64,000 bases of DNA from an uncultured bacterium (GCA_963827235.1 CAWHAE010000012.1:1569221-1633220), one strand, 5' to 3'. Numbered from the stretch's first letter, positions 20,943-31,250 are shown. Notes: a model not told the origin generated them from the sequence alone. Numbers and translations are program-made.

Positions 20943-21503
20943 CTAACCCTGCTGAACCGCCTCGAAGTGGATGGTCACCGTGATCCTGTCGCCGACCACC
21001 GCACTTCCCGTCTGCAGCAGCGGGTTGTAGATTATCGCGAACTCTCTGCGCGAGAGCGTCGTCTCTGCCGTGAAGCCCGCCCGCAGGCTCCCTGCTTCAT
21101 ATGGGTCGGGGATCTGGCCCTCGTACGACATCTCGAGCGTCACCGACCGAGTCACCCCCTTGATCGTCAGCTCACCCCGCACCAGATACTGCCGGTCCCG
21201 CACGTGTAGCACGCGGGTACTGCGGAACCAGATGGTGGGGTAGTGCGCCACGTCGAAGAAGTTGGCCGAGCGCAGGTCGGAGTCGCGCCGCTCGTGGCCG
21301 GTGCTCAGCGCGGTGACGTCGATTGTGGCCATGGCCGACCCGGTGGTGAGGTCGTCCGGGTCGAAGTGGAGGGAGCCACTGATGGGGCCCAGGAGCCCGG
21401 TGACGGTGGCGATCATGAAGTGCTTGGCCGAGAACTGGGCCTGGTTATGGTCGGGATCAATGGTCCAGGTCGGCATTCCGGTGGGAGGCGCGTCAGCGCT
21501 CAT
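20943..21503 (-). CDS. YceI-family lipid/polyisoprenoid-binding protein
   Basis: WTIDPDH..F..KH, RD.DLRSANFFDV..YPTI.F.ST and GELTIKGVTRSV motifs. Confidence 0.92.
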   Translation of the reverse strand: MSADAPPTGMPTWTIDPDHNQAQFSAKHFMIATVTGLLGPISGSLHFDPDDLTTGSAMATIDVTALSTGHERRDSDLRSANFFDVAHYPTIWFRSTRVLHVRDRQYLVRGELTIKGVTRSVTLEMSYEGQIPDPYEAGSLRAGFTAETTLSRREFAIIYNPLLQTGSAVVGDRITVTIHFEAVQQG

Positions 21504-21856
21504 CGCCGCTTGCCTTTCGTCTGTAGGTGGCGACCGTCTCGTGGCGAGCATGGGCTACGCCCTCCGTGGCGTCCTCTTGCCGCTCGGTACATGCAGGCAC
21601 TCGGTCTCCTGGTGCGCTGCGCCGCGTGCGTGGGAGTGCAGACCTGGCCACCCGGCGCAGCGCGTCTCTCTCAGCCTCCAGTCTGCGTCACCCAAGCGAC
21701 CCATACCAGCCAAACTGGTCAGTCTGGTGCACAAAGTGTTGAACAGAGTTGCCGCCCTACGGCGCGCTGCCGGCCGCTGCCGGCGGGGTGCTACAATGAC
21801 CGCGAACACGGCCGGAGCGCCGGCCTGCGCCGGCCGCTCCCCCGCGAGGGCGCGAC

Positions 21857-24800
21857 ATGGACACGGCAGAAAAGCGGCCGTTTGGCCTCGTGCTGCGGGG
21901 CTATCGGATAGCGGCGGGGCTCTCGCAGGAGGAGCTGGCGGAGCGGGCGGGCCTGCACCGGCGCACCGTCAGCGATCTGGAGCGCGGGGCGACGGATGCG
22001 CCGTATCGGAGCACGCTGGCGCTGCTTGCGGAGGGGCTGAGGCTAGACGCGGCGCAACGCGCGGCACTGGAGCGGGCGGCGCGCCGCGGCAGGGCTGTGG
22101 AGGGCGGCGACGGGAGCGCGCGGCAGGACTGGGGGGAAGCGCCGGCCGTGCCGGTGCTCCAGGGGCGCACCCAGGAGTTGGCCACGCTGGCCCGCTGGGT
22201 GCGCGAGGAGGGCTGCCGTGTGCTCCAGGTGCTGGGGCTGGGTGGCATCGGCAAGACCGCGCTAGCCGTCCGATTGGCCCACGACCTGGCAGACGAGCTG
22301 GCAGTGGTGTACTGGCGGAGCCTGCGCAACGCGCCGCCGCCCGAGGAGTGGCTGGCCGGCGCCATCGGCGCGCTCTCCGCGGGCCAAGCCCTCGTCCCCG
22401 AGGGGTTCGCGGCGCGCCTGGTGCTGCTCCTGGACCTGCTGCGGCGGCAGCGCGCACTGCTGGTGCTGGACAACCTGGAGACGGTGCTGGAGTCGGGGGC
22501 ACCCGAGGTGCGCTATCGCGCGGGGTATGAGGGCTATGGGGAGGTGTTGGAGCGGCTGGGGGCGAGCGCGCACGAGGGCTGCCTGCTGCTGACCAGCCGG
22601 GAGCAGCCGCTGCCTGTGGAGCAGCCCGCGGTGTGCGCGTTGCGCCCTGGGGGGCTGGCGGTAGGGGAGGCCCGCGCCATGCTGGCAGTCCCTGACCTGG
22701 CGGGCGATGCGGCGGCGTGGCAGGCGCTGGTACGGCGCTACGGGGGGAACCCGCTGGCGCTCAAGGTGGTAGGGGAGACCATCGAGGCAGTGTTCGGCGG
22801 GGACATCGCGGCATTCCTGGCACAGGAGGTAACCGTCGTCGGCGGTATCCGGCAGGTACTCGACCAGCAGGCGGCGCGTCTGTCGGCGCTGGAGCAAGCG
22901 GTGGTGACATGGCTTGCGGTGGAGCGGGAGCCCGTGGGGTTTGCCGCGCTGGTAGCCGACTTAGGGCCGGGGGTGGCGCGGGTGGGAGTGATCGAGGCGG
23001 TGGAGGGGCTGCAGCGGCGCTCGCTCCTGGAGCCAGGGGCGCGCGGCACGTTCACCCTGCAACCAGTGGTGCTGGAGTACACCACGGCCCAGCTGCTCGA
23101 ACGGGTGGAGCAGGAGGTACTGGCGGGCAAGCCAGTCCTGCTGACCAGGTACGCGCTGGTCAAGGCGCAGGGCAAGGATTACGTGCGGCGCAGCCAGGAG
23201 CGGCTGATCGCGCTTCCGCTCTTGGAGCGGTTGCGTGCCGGCAGAGACAGCTCGGCACTGGAGCGGCAGCTGCTGGCGTTGCTGGCAGTGTGGCGGCGGC
23301 ATTCGGTGGAGGAGCAGGGCTACGGTCCGGGCAACGTGGTAAACCTGCTGCGCCTGCTGCGGGGGGAGCTGCGGGGACTGGACCTCTCGCGCCTGTCAAT
23401 ACGGCAGGCCTACCTGGCCGAGGCAGAGGCCCAGGACGCCAGCCTGGCGGGGGCGCACCTCGCCGAGGCAGCGCTGGCCGAGCCCTTCGCCTTCCCGGAC
23501 TCCGTCGCGCTGAGCGCGGACGGCGGGCTGCTGGCCGCGGGGACGTCCACGGGCGAGGTGCGCCTGTGGCGGGTGGCGGACCGCATGCCGCTGCTGGCGC
23601 TGCCGGGCCATCGCGGCATGGTCTGTTCCGTGGCACTCTCGGCGGACGGCGGGCTGCTGGCCAGCGCCAGTCAGGACGGGACGGATCCCAGGCTGTGGGA
23701 GGCGCCTAGCGGGCGGCTGCTGGCCACGCTGCAGGGGCACAGCGGCGCGGTCTATCGCGTGGCGGTGAGCGCGGATGGCGCGCTGGTGGCGAGTGGCGGC
23801 CAAGATGGGATGGTCCGGCTTTGGGAGGTGCCGAGCGGGCGGCTGCTGGCCACGCTGCCAGGGCACAGCGATGCGGTGTGGGGCGTGGCCCTCTCGGGAG
23901 ACGGACGAGTGGTGGCCAGCGGGAGCTTTGACGGGACGGTCCGGCTGTGGGAAACGGCGAGTGGGCGGCTGCTGGCCACGCTGGAGGGACACAGCGGCGG
24001 GGTCCTGGGCGTGGCGCTCTCGGGGGACGGACGGGTGGTGGCCAGCGGCGGCTTCGACGGGACAGTCCGACTGTGGGAGGTGCCGAGCGGGCGTCCGCTG
24101 GCCACGCTGGACGGACCCGGGGGCACAGTCTGGCGCGTGGCGCTCTCGGGGGATGGACGGCTGCTGGCAAGTAGCAGTCTCGACGGGACAGTCGGGCTGT
24201 GGGAGGCGCCGAGCGGGCGGCCAGTGGCGACCCTGCAGGGGCACAGCGGCCAGGTCAATGGCGTGGCCCTGAGCGGGGATGGCGGGCTGCTGGCCAGCGG
24301 CGGCCAGGACGGGACGATCCGGCTTTGGGAGGCGCCGAGCAGGCGAGCGCTGGCCACGCTGCAGGGGCACACCGGCGCAGTCAACGGCGTGGCGTTGAGC
24401 GCAGACGGCGGGCTGGTGGCCGGCGGCGGCGAGGACTGGACGGTTCGGCTGTGGGACGTCGCCAGCGGACGGCCGCTCGCCGCGCTGCAAGGCCACACGG
24501 GCGGGATCTGGGGCGCGGCGCTCTCGGCGGATGGGCGGTTGGTGGCCAGCGGCAGCTCCGATGGTGCGATCAAGCTCTGGGAGGTGCCGAGCGGGCGTCC
24601 GCTGGCCACGCTGCAGGCGCACGGCGGCCCAGCCCTGGACGTGGCGCTGAGCGCGGATGGCGGGCTGCTGGCCGGCGGCTTCGATGGAGCAGTCCGGTTG
24701 TGGGAGGTACCGAGCGGGCGGCTGCTGGCCACGCTGCAGGCGCACGGCGGCTGGGTCCTGGGCGTGGCGCTGAGCGCGGACGGAGCGGTGGTGGCCGGTG

Positions 24801-25486
24801 GCATCTTTAGCGGGACGGTGCAGTTGTGGGAGGCGACGCGACCCGCCGATTCGGCGGGTGCCCCGAGCGGGTCCCCGGGGCGGCCGCTGGCCACGCTGGA
24901 GGGGCACAGCGGCCCGGTCCGGTGCGTAGCGCTGAACGGGGATGGACGCCTCGTGGCAAGCGGCGGCGTCGACGGGACGGTGCAGCTGTGGGAGGCGACG
25001 CGACCCGCCGATTCGGTGGGTGCCCCGAGCGGGTCCCCGGGGCGGCCGCTGGCGACGCTGCAGGCACACAGCGGCGGGGTCTATGCCGTGGCCCTGAGCG
25101 GGGACGGCGGGCTGCTGGCCAGCGGCGGCGCTGACGGGACGGTGAAGTTGTGGGCGACGCCGCGACCCGCTGCCGGGACTCGACCCGCCCTGGCGGGTAC
25201 CCCGGAAGCGGGTCGGACACCGAGCGGATCCCCGGGGCAGTTACTGGCCACGCTGGAGGGACACAGCGGCCCGGTCCGGGGCGTGGCGCTCTCGGGGGAC
25301 GGGCAGGTCGTGGCCAGCGCCGGCTACGACGGAACGACCCGGCTGTGGGAGGCGAGCAGTGGCGCCTGTTTGCGCGTGCTGCGTGCCGAGCGCCGCTACG
25401 AGCGCCTGGACGTCACAGGCCTGACCGGCGTGACGGGCGTGCAGCGGGCGGCGCTCCTGGCCCTGGGTGCCGTAGAGAAAAGCTGA
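21857..25486 (+). CDS. XRE HTH - NB-ARC/STAND NTPase - pentapeptide - 14 WD40 repeats
   Basis: LSQEELAERAGL HTH; DWGEAP; GLGGIGKT Walker A; LLVLDNLE; GGNPLAL; 14 VALS(A/G)DG..LW repeats. Confidence 0.95.
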   Translation: MDTAEKRPFGLVLRGYRIAAGLSQEELAERAGLHRRTVSDLERGATDAPYRSTLALLAEGLRLDAAQRAALERAARRGRAVEGGDGSARQDWGEAPAVPVLQGRTQELATLARWVREEGCRVLQVLGLGGIGKTALAVRLAHDLADELAVVYWRSLRNAPPPEEWLAGAIGALSAGQALVPEGFAARLVLLLDLLRRQRALLVLDNLETVLESGAPEVRYRAGYEGYGEVLERLGASAHEGCLLLTSREQPLPVEQPAVCALRPGGLAVGEARAMLAVPDLAGDAAAWQALVRRYGGNPLALKVVGETIEAVFGGDIAAFLAQEVTVVGGIRQVLDQQAARLSALEQAVVTWLAVEREPVGFAALVADLGPGVARVGVIEAVEGLQRRSLLEPGARGTFTLQPVVLEYTTAQLLERVEQEVLAGKPVLLTRYALVKAQGKDYVRRSQERLIALPLLERLRAGRDSSALERQLLALLAVWRRHSVEEQGYGPGNVVNLLRLLRGELRGLDLSRLSIRQAYLAEAEAQDASLAGAHLAEAALAEPFAFPDSVALSADGGLLAAGTSTGEVRLWRVADRMPLLALPGHRGMVCSVALSADGGLLASASQDGTDPRLWEAPSGRLLATLQGHSGAVYRVAVSADGALVASGGQDGMVRLWEVPSGRLLATLPGHSDAVWGVALSGDGRVVASGSFDGTVRLWETASGRLLATLEGHSGGVLGVALSGDGRVVASGGFDGTVRLWEVPSGRPLATLDGPGGTVWRVALSGDGRLLASSSLDGTVGLWEAPSGRPVATLQGHSGQVNGVALSGDGGLLASGGQDGTIRLWEAPSRRALATLQGHTGAVNGVALSADGGLVAGGGEDWTVRLWDVASGRPLAALQGHTGGIWGAALSADGRLVASGSSDGAIKLWEVPSGRPLATLQAHGGPALDVALSADGGLLAGGFDGAVRLWEVPSGRLLATLQAHGGWVLGVALSADGAVVAGGIFSGTVQLWEATRPADSAGAPSGSPGRPLATLEGHSGPVRCVALNGDGRLVASGGVDGTVQLWEATRPADSVGAPSGSPGRPLATLQAHSGGVYAVALSGDGGLLASGGADGTVKLWATPRPAAGTRPALAGTPEAGRTPSGSPGQLLATLEGHSGPVRGVALSGDGQVVASAGYDGTTRLWEASSGACLRVLRAERRYERLDVTGLTGVTGVQRAALLALGAVEKS
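23500..25370 (+). repeat. Tandem ~126-bp WD40-coding repeats, highly similar at DNA level
   Basis: Recurrent CTGTGGGAGG(T/C)GCCGAGCGGGCGG..CTGGCCACGCTG..GGGCACAGCGGC units. Confidence 0.9.
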
Positions 25487-25576
25487 GAATACAGCGAAGA
25501 AATGGCGTAGCGTGCCATCGCCGCACTGCACACCGTGCCGGCGCGGCAGATCGCGGGCCAACGGCTCGGCGAGAGC

Positions 25577-26531
25577 TCAGCCCTGGTCGAGACCGGCCGC
25601 CTGCAGCGCTTCCGCCAGGGTGGGCGTGCCTTCCATGGGACCCAGCCGCGTCACGGCCAGCCCGCCCACGGCGTTGGCAAGGCGGAGCATGCGCTCCGGC
25701 GCCAGATCCATGCAGCAGCCCATAGGCGATGGCGCCGGCGAAGGCATCCCCTGCCCCCGTCGGGTCGCGTTCCTCTCGCGCCCGCGTGGGCACGTGCACG
25801 GCGGCGTCGCGCGTGAACAAGGTGCTGCCCCGCGGCCCTTCTTTCAGGATCACCATTGCCACGCCTCGTTGCAGCAGGATACGTACTGCCTGCTCGACGT
25901 CGTCGCTGCCGGCCAGCATGGCCAGCTCCTTGCCGGAGGGCAGCACCACGTCGCTGAGGTCTACGATCGGCCCGCACACGTCCTCCAGCGACTCGCCTCC
26001 GAGCAGCTCCGGACGGATGTTCGGATCGAAGCTCACGCGCGCGCCTGCTTCCTTGCCCAGCCTGGCGGCACGCAGACAGGCGGCCCGCCACTCGCGGCTG
26101 GAGGCCAGCGTGGAGCCGGTGACGTGTACCAACCGGGCCCGGGCAAAGTACGCCGGATCGATCTCCGGCACCCGCGACGCTGCCGCGTGCTTGAGGTGGA
26201 ACAGGAAGTCCCGGCCGCCGTCGGCGCGATAGGTGACAAAGGCAGTACCCGTGGCGCGCTCGGGATCCACGAGGAGATGGGTCAGGTCCACGCCGTCGCC
26301 GGCCAGGCGGCCGCGGAGCAGGCGCCCGAACGCATCGTCGCCCACGGAGCCGATGAAGCCGGTGGACAATCCCAGCCGGGCACAGGCACTGGCGAAGTCG
26401 GCAGGCGCGCCGCTGGGAAAGGGTCCCTCGAAGGGGCCGGGGGTATCGAGCGGAATGCCGGCGCGTGGCCGCATCACTTCCACCAATGCCTCGCCCAGCG
26501 CAATGACCTCTGGAGCCTGCCGTCCGTTCAT
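25577..26531 (-). CDS. PfkB-family sugar kinase with +1 frameshift near 25707
   Basis: GEALV, PSGAPA, FDPNIR and DPTGAGDAF motifs; C-terminus RLANAVGGLAVTRLGPMEG..G* continues in the shifted frame. Confidence 0.88.
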
Positions 26532-26634
26532 GATCAGCTATCCTCATCCGGACTCGTGCAATCACATCCCGACAGCATACATGCTACCCCAGATCGGCGC
26601 GCGCCCGGTGCGCACGGCGTCTCTTACCCGAGGC

Positions 26635-28017
26635 CTACGCTGACGAGGAGGCGGCAGACGGGGGCGCCGACTCCAGGTGAGCGGTGTCCGCGGCTTGCCC
26701 ACCGAGCCGTGCCCGGGCATAGAGGCCGCCGGCCAGGACCAGCAGGCCCGTCGCGGTGAAGAGGATGTCGATGTCGCTCCAGGCCATGCCGAGGCAACTG
26801 AAGTGCACGCCGTGAAGCACCGTACTCGCCAGGTAGCCGGCCAGGCCGGCGGACAGCAGCGAGGCCAGAGCAGTGGCCGGATGGAACACGGCTGCCACGC
26901 GGCCGAGGAACTGGGCGGGAGTGACTTTCATGATGATTGGCCCGAGCACCACGTTCACCGCCGCATTCGGCAGACCGATGGCAAAGAGGAGGGCCACGGC
27001 GGGACCAAGACTGGTCATGCGCGAGTACACGAGCACGAGCACGCCCATGCCGACGAAGCCCAGCCAGAAGAGGCGGAAGATACCCAGGCGGTCGCCGTAG
27101 ACGGCGCCCAGCACGGCGCCGACGAGCAGACCGCAGCCGCCGGCTCCGCTGAGCAGACCGTAGAAGTGGGTGGACGCGTGCAGATTCTGCTGCAGGAAGA
27201 AGATGTCGAGCGCGTTGAGGCAGCCGCCGCCGAGCATGACCAGGCAAGCGGTGACCAGCACGACGCGAAGCGTCTGGTTGCCGACGAAGAACCGAAGTCC
27301 TTCCACCAGATCCTGGCGGTAGGTGCGTTCACGCCCGTGCTTGGCTCGGACCAACCACGTGCCGCGTATGGCGGCGATTGCCGCGAACGAGACCAGGAAC
27401 GACACGGCGTTCAAGGTCAGGGCGAGCCCGGGCCCGCAGAGAAAATACAACGGCGCGGCGGCCATCGGTCCGAGGATCATGGCCAGGCTCGACGTGGCCT
27501 GGCTCAGCCCGGATGCGCGCGCCCGGTACGGCTCCGGCACGATCTCCTGGATGATGGCCAGCCTGGCCGGGGCGAAGAACTGCGCGCAGACGCCCGCCAG
27601 AAACACGACGGCGTAGATGGCTGCCAGCTGCGCCCGGGTGGAGAGACCTGCCGAGGGCAATGCGGGCAGGGCCACGGCACCCGTGATCAGGGCCAGCACG
27701 GCGATCAGCACGGCGCGGCTGGCATCCATGCGCATCATCAGCCGGCGCCGGTCGAGCCGGTCGACGAAGACGCCGGAGAGAGGGCCGACCAGTGCGTCGG
27801 GCAGGGCACTGGCGGCGAGAACGCCGGCGACGGCGAGCGGAGCCCAGGAGGCGTTATGGGCGAGATCGGTCACGATCCAGAGCGCGAGCGTGGTGGTGAA
27901 GATGAAATCGCCGAGATTGGAAATTGATTGGCCGAGCCACAGCAGGCCGAACTGCCGGTTGACGAGCGGGCTAAATCGGCCGCCGGGCACATGGGAAGAC
28001 ACCGTGGTAGCATGCAT
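26635..28017 (-). CDS. MFS transporter (MFS_3/DHA3-like)
   Basis: FGLLWLGQSISNLGD and GVFVDRLDRRRLM motifs; 12 TM pattern. Confidence 0.92.
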   Translation of the reverse strand: MHATTVSSHVPGGRFSPLVNRQFGLLWLGQSISNLGDFIFTTTLALWIVTDLAHNASWAPLAVAGVLAASALPDALVGPLSGVFVDRLDRRRLMMRMDASRAVLIAVLALITGAVALPALPSAGLSTRAQLAAIYAVVFLAGVCAQFFAPARLAIIQEIVPEPYRARASGLSQATSSLAMILGPMAAAPLYFLCGPGLALTLNAVSFLVSFAAIAAIRGTWLVRAKHGRERTYRQDLVEGLRFFVGNQTLRVVLVTACLVMLGGGCLNALDIFFLQQNLHASTHFYGLLSGAGGCGLLVGAVLGAVYGDRLGIFRLFWLGFVGMGVLVLVYSRMTSLGPAVALLFAIGLPNAAVNVVLGPIIMKVTPAQFLGRVAAVFHPATALASLLSAGLAGYLASTVLHGVHFSCLGMAWSDIDILFTATGLLVLAGGLYARARLGGQAADTAHLESAPPSAASSSA

Positions 28018-28233
28018 ACTGCTCCTCCGAGATGCTTCACGTTCAACGGTGGGCGCTGTGTAGGAGCGATGGCGCGGCGGCCGCTGCAACAGCCGCCGCG
28101 TCGCTCTGTATTCTCCGGTTTCTGATCGATCATGGCAGGAGTCCTGCTCCTTGCGTGGGCATGAGCCTGCCGGCCCGTGCGGTGCGCTATCTGCCGCCGG
28201 TACTCCGGCGCAGGGTGCCGGGCACGAGCATGC

Positions 28234-29178
28234 CTAGACGGACGCGCGTGCTCCCTTCTGCTGCAGAATAGCGCGCACTTCCGGGGCCGCGTGCAGCGTG
28301 CCGCGATGCCGTAGCTTCGCGATCACCGCTTCCGCCAGCCCAGGCGGAACGTCGGGCGAGACGGTCAGACGGCCGAACACGGTGAGGTCCAGCGCCAGGC
28401 CCGCCGCCAGCATGCGCTCCAGCTCGAGGCGCGAATAGGAGATGCTGCCTATGATCACGACCCGACGCGTCTTCGAGGTTCCCCTGGTACCGGTGACGAT
28501 GGTCATCCCTTGCGAGCGCGCCGGCACGCCGAGGTCCTCGGACCGGTCGAGCTCTTTTGGCCGCCGAGCCCTGCGGGGCGCCGGCATGTCCGTCCGGCGC
28601 GCGCCCTGATCGGCAGGTACCGGGCTGGGGTGCGAGAGATGGAGAAAGGACATGAGGCGCCTGCCCTCTCCCGGCTGCCGGTTCACATATGGTTTCAGCA
28701 CCTCCCGCATCTTCTCGTCGGCCTCGCGATACTCCTCGGGTGTCATCCAGAGATCGAGGTATTCGAGACTGATGCTCTCGTCGTGCCACGCCTGGGTGCG
28801 CATGGCGTGCTGAAAGGCGTGCGTGAAGTGCAGGAGCACTGCCTGCACCAGCTCGGCGATTGTCTCGACGTTCTCGTCGCGCGGTACGCGCCGCAGCAAC
28901 GTGTCGGGCATGCGCAGGTAGCGTGCCACGGTCTGGTAGTACTTCTCCAGGATGCCGCTCTTTTCGCGCGTCTCCACGATGCGTACCAGGCCGAGGCGCT
29001 CCAGCTCACGCATGTGGTAGTGCACCTTGTTGGCCGGCTCGTCGAGCGCCTCACCCACCTGCGTCACCGTCATGGGCTGCTCGGAGATGTGGTCGATGAT
29101 GCGCAGGCGCAGCGGGTCGGCGATGCCGCGCAACTGCTCGACCGACTCGATCTCGTAGGTGTCCGGCTCGCTATCCAA
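28234..29178 (-). CDS. ArsR-like winged-HTH regulator with extra C-terminal domain
   Basis: IADPLRLRII..MTVTQV....VHYHMRELERLGLV..GILEKYY; lies upstream of an MFS gene. Confidence 0.88.
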   Translation of the reverse strand: MDSEPDTYEIESVEQLRGIADPLRLRIIDHISEQPMTVTQVGEALDEPANKVHYHMRELERLGLVRIVETREKSGILEKYYQTVARYLRMPDTLLRRVPRDENVETIAELVQAVLLHFTHAFQHAMRTQAWHDESISLEYLDLWMTPEEYREADEKMREVLKPYVNRQPGEGRRLMSFLHLSHPSPVPADQGARRTDMPAPRRARRPKELDRSEDLGVPARSQGMTIVTGTRGTSKTRRVVIIGSISYSRLELERMLAAGLALDLTVFGRLTVSPDVPPGLAEAVIAKLRHRGTLHAAPEVRAILQQKGARASV

Positions 29179-29265
29179 GTACCCTGACCTTTCAGGAATT
29201 GCTGAACGATCAGATACTACTCTTCATCGGGGCCGCCGTCAAGAGGATGGTGCGTAGCCTCTTTC

Positions 29266-29295
29266 CGTCCAGTCTAACATAGATTAGACTGGACG
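29266..29295. promoter_or_regulatory. Perfect palindromic operator immediately before PadR start
   Basis: CGTCCAGTCTAA-N6-TTAGACTGGACG, ending 1 nt before the ATG at 29297. Confidence 0.75.
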
Positions 29296-29296
29296 C

Positions 29297-29806
29297 ATGT
29301 ATACTGACATACTGATTCTCACTCACCTCGCACGCGTGCCCGCGCACGGCTACGAGATCAAGAAGCACCTGGAGCGGCTGCGCGTGAGCCGGGCGCTGAA
29401 CAACAACGTGCTCTACCCTTCCCTGCAGCGCCTCGAGGCCATGGGTGCCATCGAGCGCGCCGCCGCCGAGGCAGACCCCGGGCGGCCTCCCCGCACCGTC
29501 TACCGGCTGACCGAGACCGGTCAGGACCTCCTGCAGGCGCTGCTCCGCGATTGCGACGAATCCGTGCTCGCCGACGAGGACGAGTTCCAGGCCCGGGTCG
29601 CCTTCTTCGACCGTATCGACCCCACGAATCGCATGGCGATCATCGCCGTGCGCCGGCGCATCGTGGCCGCCAGGATTGCCTGGCACCGCGGCATGCGCGA
29701 ACAGGCGGCCGTGCAGCCATGGGGGCTTCAGGTCGTCGACTTCCTGATCGATCGCCTGCTGCTGGAGGCGGCCTGGCTCGATCGGCTCGCGGCGCAGGTC
29801 GAGTAG
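29297..29806 (+). CDS. PadR-family transcriptional regulator
   Basis: HGYEIKK, LYPSLQRLE and RTVYRLTETG motifs. Confidence 0.93.
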   Translation: MYTDILILTHLARVPAHGYEIKKHLERLRVSRALNNNVLYPSLQRLEAMGAIERAAAEADPGRPPRTVYRLTETGQDLLQALLRDCDESVLADEDEFQARVAFFDRIDPTNRMAIIAVRRRIVAARIAWHRGMREQAAVQPWGLQVVDFLIDRLLLEAAWLDRLAAQVE

Positions 29807-29813
29807 GTCTTCC

Positions 29814-31250
29814 TTGGCATCCCAACCCTCCTCGCCGGCAGTAGCGCCCGCGGCCCCGCCGGCACTCTCGCGGATCGTCCTCTTCGGGCTGATCGCCGGT
29901 CCCATGCTCTCCATGATCGACACTGCCGTGGTGAACGTAGCCGTGCCCGATATTGCACGCCAGCTCGGCAGTCCGCTGGGCACCGTGCAATGGACCGTCA
30001 GCACCTACTTGCTGGCCCTCGCCGCCGGCCAGGCCGGGACGGCGTGGCTCGCGCGCCGCTTCGGCACGCTGCGCGCCTATACCGCGAGCGTGGCGGTGTT
30101 CAGCGTCGCTTCGCTGCTGTGCGGCCTGGCACCCGGCATGAGCCTCCTGATCGCGGCCCGGGCCGTGCAGGGCGTGAGCGGCGCGCCGCTGGTCCCCCTT
30201 GCCCTCGGCCTGCTGCTCGGCCGCGGCGGGGCGCGCGAGCGTATTCCGGCAAGCGCCGGTCTCATGCTGTTTGCCGCCCCGGCCTGTGGCCCGGCACTCG
30301 GCGGACTGCTGGTAGGCAGCTTCGGCTGGCGCTCGATCTTCCTGATCAATCCGTTCGTCGGTCTCGCCGCCCTGCTGTGCCTCGCCTTCGCGGCCCCGCG
30401 AGGCCTGGGAGCGCCTGGCGATCGCCACGCGCGCCTCGACGCCGTCGGGCTGGTGATCTTCGCCGCCGGCCTGGCCTTCGCCACCTTCGGCGCCAGCCAG
30501 GGCGCCCAGAAAGGATGGCTCTCCACGGCGTCGCTGCCCTGGTGGACGGTGGGGCTGCTGCTGATCGGCGCTTATGCCGGCTGGGCGAGGCATCTCTCCG
30601 GCCGCGCCGGACCGCCTCCGGCCGTGAACCTCGATCTGCTGCGCAGCCGGATGCGCGTCCTAGCCCTCGCCCTAGTAGCGGTGACCAGCGTCGTGCTCTA
30701 CGCCGTGCTCTTCATCGCCCCCGTCTATCTGCAGCAGATCCAGGGGCACTCCGCCGAGCTCGCGGGACTGGTCTTGCTGCCGCAGGGCGTGGTCATGGGG
30801 TTGGCCAGCGCGCTCGGCAACGCCATCGTCGAGCGAGGGAAGAGCAGGCCCGCGCTCGTAGCCCGCAGCGTCACCGGCGGTCTGGCCTTGCTAGCGCTCT
30901 TCACGCTCGGCCTGCTGATGCTGGGCGTGTCGACCGCGCCCTGGCTCACGGCCGTCCTGCTCTGTGGGCGCGGGATTGCCATCGGCCTCACCACGCAGCC
31001 GCTCACCCTGATGCTGCTCGGCGATCTGGATCAGGAGGGACAGGCGGACGCCAACACGGTGTTCACCATCACGCAGCGATTGGCCGGATCCTTCGGCGTC
31101 GCCCTGCTCACGGCCTACTTCACCGGCCGTGCTCGGGTCACGGGATCGACCATCCTGGCCCTGCACGACAGTGCCCTCGTCATGAGCCTGATCGCCGCCG
31201 CCGGCGTGGTCGGGAGCTTCTGGCTGCACGGGCGAGAAACGCCGCGTTGA
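29814..31250 (+). CDS. DHA2 (EmrB/QacA-like) MFS efflux pump
   Basis: IDTAVVNVAVP, QWTVSTYLLA and WRSIFLIN motifs. Confidence 0.92.
   Translation: MASQPSSPAVAPAAPPALSRIVLFGLIAGPMLSMIDTAVVNVAVPDIARQLGSPLGTVQWTVSTYLLALAAGQAGTAWLARRFGTLRAYTASVAVFSVASLLCGLAPGMSLLIAARAVQGVSGAPLVPLALGLLLGRGGARERIPASAGLMLFAAPACGPALGGLLVGSFGWRSIFLINPFVGLAALLCLAFAAPRGLGAPGDRHARLDAVGLVIFAAGLAFATFGASQGAQKGWLSTASLPWWTVGLLLIGAYAGWARHLSGRAGPPPAVNLDLLRSRMRVLALALVAVTSVVLYAVLFIAPVYLQQIQGHSAELAGLVLLPQGVVMGLASALGNAIVERGKSRPALVARSVTGGLALLALFTLGLLMLGVSTAPWLTAVLLCGRGIAIGLTTQPLTLMLLGDLDQEGQADANTVFTITQRLAGSFGVALLTAYFTGRARVTGSTILALHDSALVMSLIAAAGVVGSFWLHGRETPR

Noticed and set aside
23500-25370. Regular repeats as a possible CRISPR array
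   Set aside because: Units are ~126-bp in-frame WD40 coding repeats without unique spacers; no cas genes are present
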